Positions 31,017-33,382 of a stretch of DNA of 33,382 bases are shown one piece after another. Every line of letters starts with the position of its first letter. Position 1 is the first letter of the stretch. This DNA comes from a virus. Position numbers and translations under genes: made by a program. The stretch lies in the IMG/VR virus record IMGVR_UViG_3300045988_125345, positions 1 to 33,382 of that record. The stretch is one strand, 5' to 3'. The notes beneath the pieces are model-generated. The model saw only the letters and a list, made by a program, of their open reading frames with translations. It did no database searches and was not told the DNA's origin.

Positions 31017-31943
31017 TCAGCGGCACATTGTCAAATACCATTCACTGCCGGAATCGGTGCCGATTGCGACATACCTCGGCTCACCTGAAGAGGCGCCGAT
31101 ATAACGGCCCCACAGGAAACCATCGGCATAGGTGCCCCAACCGTCCAGCACGACCCGCTGGCCGCGAGTGTAGTCGGCGACAATCTTGCCCTTCAGCGAC
31201 GGCTCGGTACGCACGTTCAACGAATCGACGGCGACCTCATACGAGGTGGCGACCACAGTCGGAGCCGGGGAGACCACCACGGCTGGAGCCGGATTTACCG
31301 GAGTGTTCGCGCCCACACAGGCGTACTTGTCCCAAGCGGCCTTGTCGCCAGCGAAATAATCCAAGTCAAGCGAACCGGCATAGCCGTCGATATGGCCGTT
31401 CGAAGTGTACTGGCGCATCGGATATGCAACATACGACCAAATCGAGTTGGCGTCCTGCCAGCCGACCGCATCCATGGAAGCGTAGCACGCCTCCCAGATG
31501 CCGCAGTCATGCTTGCCGCAGATGTCCTTGATGAACGGGATTTCGGAACGCTGGGCGTACACGAGCGGCTTCACGCCGGTCAGACGGATGTACTGGTAGA
31601 GGAATTCGTCAAGATAGGAGCGGTCGCCCCAAGCGGCGTTATCGGCCTGCTCCCAGTCAACGCACGGCACGAACTTCTTCAGATAGCCTTCGGTGCTCTT
31701 GGCGAAGAAATACGCCTCCTCCGAAGCGTTCACGCCGCGAATGTAGTGCATGTATCCGACGGCCAACCCGCGAGCGGCCGCGGCCTGAATCTTCGCGTCA
31801 GCGCCAGTCCACACGGATTCGACGATGCCGTTGTCGGTCGTCAGCTCGCCAGCGCCCCAAGTACACTGCACCACGACGCCATCGGCGTCAATCTTGGAAA
31901 CGTCGCAATCGGCCTTCCAATTGCTGATGTCCACAAACCTCAT
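31017..31943 (-). CDS. Endolysin: GH25 muramidase with a C-terminal SH3-like cell-wall-binding domain
   Basis: The sequence runs MRFVDISNWKAD...VVQCTWGAG...YMHYIRGVN...DLDYFAGD (GH25), then a proline/valine linker, then SLNVRTEPSLKGKIVADYTRGQRVVLDGW (SH3-like). Confidence 0.85.
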   Translation of the reverse strand: MRFVDISNWKADCDVSKIDADGVVVQCTWGAGELTTDNGIVESVWTGADAKIQAAAARGLAVGYMHYIRGVNASEEAYFFAKSTEGYLKKFVPCVDWEQADNAAWGDRSYLDEFLYQYIRLTGVKPLVYAQRSEIPFIKDICGKHDCGIWEACYASMDAVGWQDANSIWSYVAYPMRQYTSNGHIDGYAGSLDLDYFAGDKAAWDKYACVGANTPVNPAPAVVVSPAPTVVATSYEVAVDSLNVRTEPSLKGKIVADYTRGQRVVLDGWGTYADGFLWGRYIGASSGEPRYVAIGTDSGSEWYLTMCR

Positions 31944-32224
31944 TATTCAGAAACCTCCGTTTCATTGCTTGCGATATGCTTGCCGGTCACCTTCGCCTTG
32001 TCGGACATTACAAACGAGGCCGGACTGATTGAATCGGTCTTGCCGCTCGACGCCACGCACGTCAACACGCTGGCGATAGCTGCGACCAAGGCGATGCCGC
32101 ACACGTTCGTCCAATCCACGTCGAACAGGCCGACGCCGCCGACCACTCCGGCAGACAATGCGGCCTGACATGCGGTGCGGATTGCACGCTCCAACGTGTC
32201 AACCCAAAAATCCTTAGTGAACAA
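31943..32224 (-). CDS. Holin (r1t/LL-H-like)
   Basis: 93 aa. It reads KDFWVDTLERAIRTACQAALSAGVVGG followed by a second TM helix, and lies immediately upstream of the lysin. Confidence 0.65.
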   Translation of the reverse strand: MFTKDFWVDTLERAIRTACQAALSAGVVGGVGLFDVDWTNVCGIALVAAIASVLTCVASSGKTDSISPASFVMSDKAKVTGKHIASNETEVSE

Positions 32225-32597
32225 TATTCTGCTCCTTAGTATTGTCGTTTTCCAACGGTTCTATTATACTCCTAAGCCCGTCGGGAAGTCTTGGCTTCGG
32301 ATACCGTTTCAGAAACTCCGGGTCGAGAACATTGCAGAGTTCCCCCAGCCAATGTCCCATCGCCCGAATGTAGGAGGTTTTCAAATCGTCCTGATAGCGG
32401 AGTTCGTCGCGCTCGCGGATGAACGCGGCAAGCTTCTCGTCCTGCCGGTCGATTTCCTGTTGCATGTTCAATTGGGCTTCAGAGAGTCGCCGATAGGCTT
32501 CGCTCAAATCGCCGCGTCTGTTCTGCGCCCAAGTGACCGCCGCGACCACAATGGCGCAGAGTCCGGTCACTAGGGCAACGATGATGTCAGTGCTCAT
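32214..32597 (-). CDS. Membrane-anchored coiled-coil protein (lysis accessory or other; function unknown)
   Basis: 127 aa. An N-terminal TM helix (IIVALVTGLCAIVVAAVTWA) is followed by a charged helix. It lies between the invertible segment and the holin. Confidence 0.55.
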   Translation of the reverse strand: MSTDIIVALVTGLCAIVVAAVTWAQNRRGDLSEAYRRLSEAQLNMQQEIDRQDEKLAAFIRERDELRYQDDLKTSYIRAMGHWLGELCNVLDPEFLKRYPKPRLPDGLRSIIEPLENDNTKEQNIVH

Positions 32598-32608
32598 GTG
32601 ACACCATT

Positions 32609-32650
32609 CTAGCTGATAATTGCGATTATGTCAGAAAAGACGGCAAGTGG
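32609..32650 (+). repeat. Inverted repeat IR-L (perfect core 32615-32650) containing a dif-like 28-mer (32609-32636)
   Basis: CTAGCTGATAA-TTGCGA-TTATGTCAGAA followed by aagacggcaagtgg. It is the reverse complement of 33328-33363. Confidence 0.9.
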
Positions 32651-32971
32651 CGTGGATGGAACATGCCGTGGCGTGACATTCACCTCGGTACGAACAAGGT
32701 GCATATGTGGGCTTCTGGCGGTACAGGAAACATCGACCTGCTGACCGCGAACATCAATCTGACCGGCTGGGGTTCGAAGGCGGTTGTTGGACAGGTGAAT
32801 AACACCGCATTCTATCCGGCAAACTCCGAAGGCGTCTATGCACCAACGAGAGACAGCTATTTTCCGACCATTGCAGGCGTTGCAGACAACGGCAACGTGT
32901 ACATCGAATATGCTGGTGGCGCTTCAGGGTCTCGCATCGTTTCCCCCATTTTCACCTACAATATCGGCTAG
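32612..32971 (+). CDS. Silent alternative C-terminal cassette of the receptor-binding protein, in inverted orientation and lacking the N-terminal constant region
   Basis: The frame reads ADNCDYVRKDGKW (encoded by IR-L) and then RGWNMPWRDIHLGTNKVHMWASGG...SPIFTYNIG*. The track lists only 32663..32971, from an internal Met with no good RBS. Confidence 0.6.
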   Translation, partial: ADNCDYVRKDGKWRGWNMPWRDIHLGTNKVHMWASGGTGNIDLLTANINLTGWGSKAVVGQVNNTAFYPANSEGVYAPTRDSYFPTIAGVADNGNVYIEYAGGASGSRIVSPIFTYNIG

Positions 32972-32985
32972 GCCCTTCAATCGGA

Positions 32986-33382
32986 CTACGCCAGCTGGTA
33001 GGAGAAACTGCCGGAAAGCCATTCCCCTTTACGGAATGGATGGGCTGCGTACGGTCGCACGGCGACCGAATCGTTGATGATTTGCAGCAATACATTGGGA
33101 GTGTCGGACGGAAAGTGAAGGTCGATGTTTTTCGCTTTCAGACGGTCTGGAAGATTCATGACACGACTTGTATCCCAAGGCTTGCAATTAAGCCAATCAC
33201 CGGCACGGTTCATCCAATAGAACCCGCTCGCAATTCCATTATGGACGTTGCCGCGAATCTGCACGATATCCCAGCCGGCATTGTTCTTGTTGGTAAGGTC
33301 GTTCTCCGTGAAGAGTCCTTCGAACTTCCACTTGCCGTCTTTTCTGACATAATCGCAATTATCGGCCACATCATGCAACAGC
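32986..33382 (-). CDS. Receptor-binding protein, currently expressed C-terminal cassette (continuation of the gene starting at 603/564)
   Basis: ...LHDVADNCDYVRKDGKW | KFEGLFTENDLTNKNNAGWDIVQIRGNVHNG...GSFSYQLA*. It is in frame across the circular junction. Confidence 0.7.
   Translation of the reverse strand, partial: LLHDVADNCDYVRKDGKWKFEGLFTENDLTNKNNAGWDIVQIRGNVHNGIASGFYWMNRAGDWLNCKPWDTSRVMNLPDRLKAKNIDLHFPSDTPNVLLQIINDSVAVRPYAAHPFRKGEWLSGSFSYQLA
33328..33369 (-). repeat. Inverted repeat IR-R (perfect core 33328-33363) containing a dif-like 28-mer (33342-33369, read on the minus strand)
   Basis: The minus strand reads GTGGCCGATAA-TTGCGA-TTATGTCAGAA followed by aagacggcaagtgg. The identical sequence occurs at 1-42. 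Confidence 0.9.

Noticed and set aside
1-33382. An integrase, invertase, CI/Cro-type repressor, reverse transcriptase (DGR or retron), methyltransferase or toxin-antitoxin pair.
   Set aside because: None of the ORF translations shows the corresponding catalytic motifs by eye: R-H-R-Y, a serine recombinase N-terminus, YxDD, or SAM motifs. This absence should be confirmed with profile searches.

Overview
This window is a complete, circularly closed genome of a GC-rich tailed dsDNA phage of siphovirus type. Bases 1-55 are repeated at 33328-33382, so the unique length is 33,327 bp. Codon usage, a perfect TTGTCCACA DnaA box and actinobacterial-type dif-like arms suggest an actinobacterial (Bifidobacterium-like) host; this is inference.

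Two divergent arms meet at an ORF-poor control region of about 1.4 kb (19291-20707).

- **Minus-strand arm (19290 down to 1, wrapping to 32986, then 32597 down to 31017):** helicase/primase, scaffold, four head-tail connector genes, a MuF-like protein, a compact portal candidate, TerL, HNH, a structured 325-bp gap, MCP, major tail protein, a carbohydrate-binding moron, tail chaperones with a -1 frameshift, a 1333-aa tape measure, Dit, Tal, a fibre with S74 chaperone, the receptor-binding protein (RBP), a membrane protein, holin and a GH25 endolysin.
- **Plus-strand arm (20708-30924):** three small early genes each behind a near-consensus promoter module, an amidoligase plus class II GATase pair, ERF-like annealase, gp2.5-like SSB, VRR-NUC, a PD-(D/E)XK exonuclease, an SNF2 helicase, an ASCH-like protein, dCTP deaminase and MazG.

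I recognise no integrase, invertase, repressor, DNA polymerase, rRNA, complete tRNA or CRISPR array.

The main findings, in order of interest:
1. A Mu G-segment-like invertible cassette would swap the C-terminal head of the RBP. It is bounded by inverted repeats that look like XerC/XerD dif sites, and the phage carries no recombinase.
2. An uncharacterised amidoligase/Ntn-amidotransferase pair sits in the early region.
3. The control region holds an exact 17-bp x 11 iteron array, a DnaA-box cluster, repeated promoter modules and about 0.6 kb of ORF-free GC-rich sequence.
4. The morphogenesis gene order is scrambled and there is no normal-sized portal.
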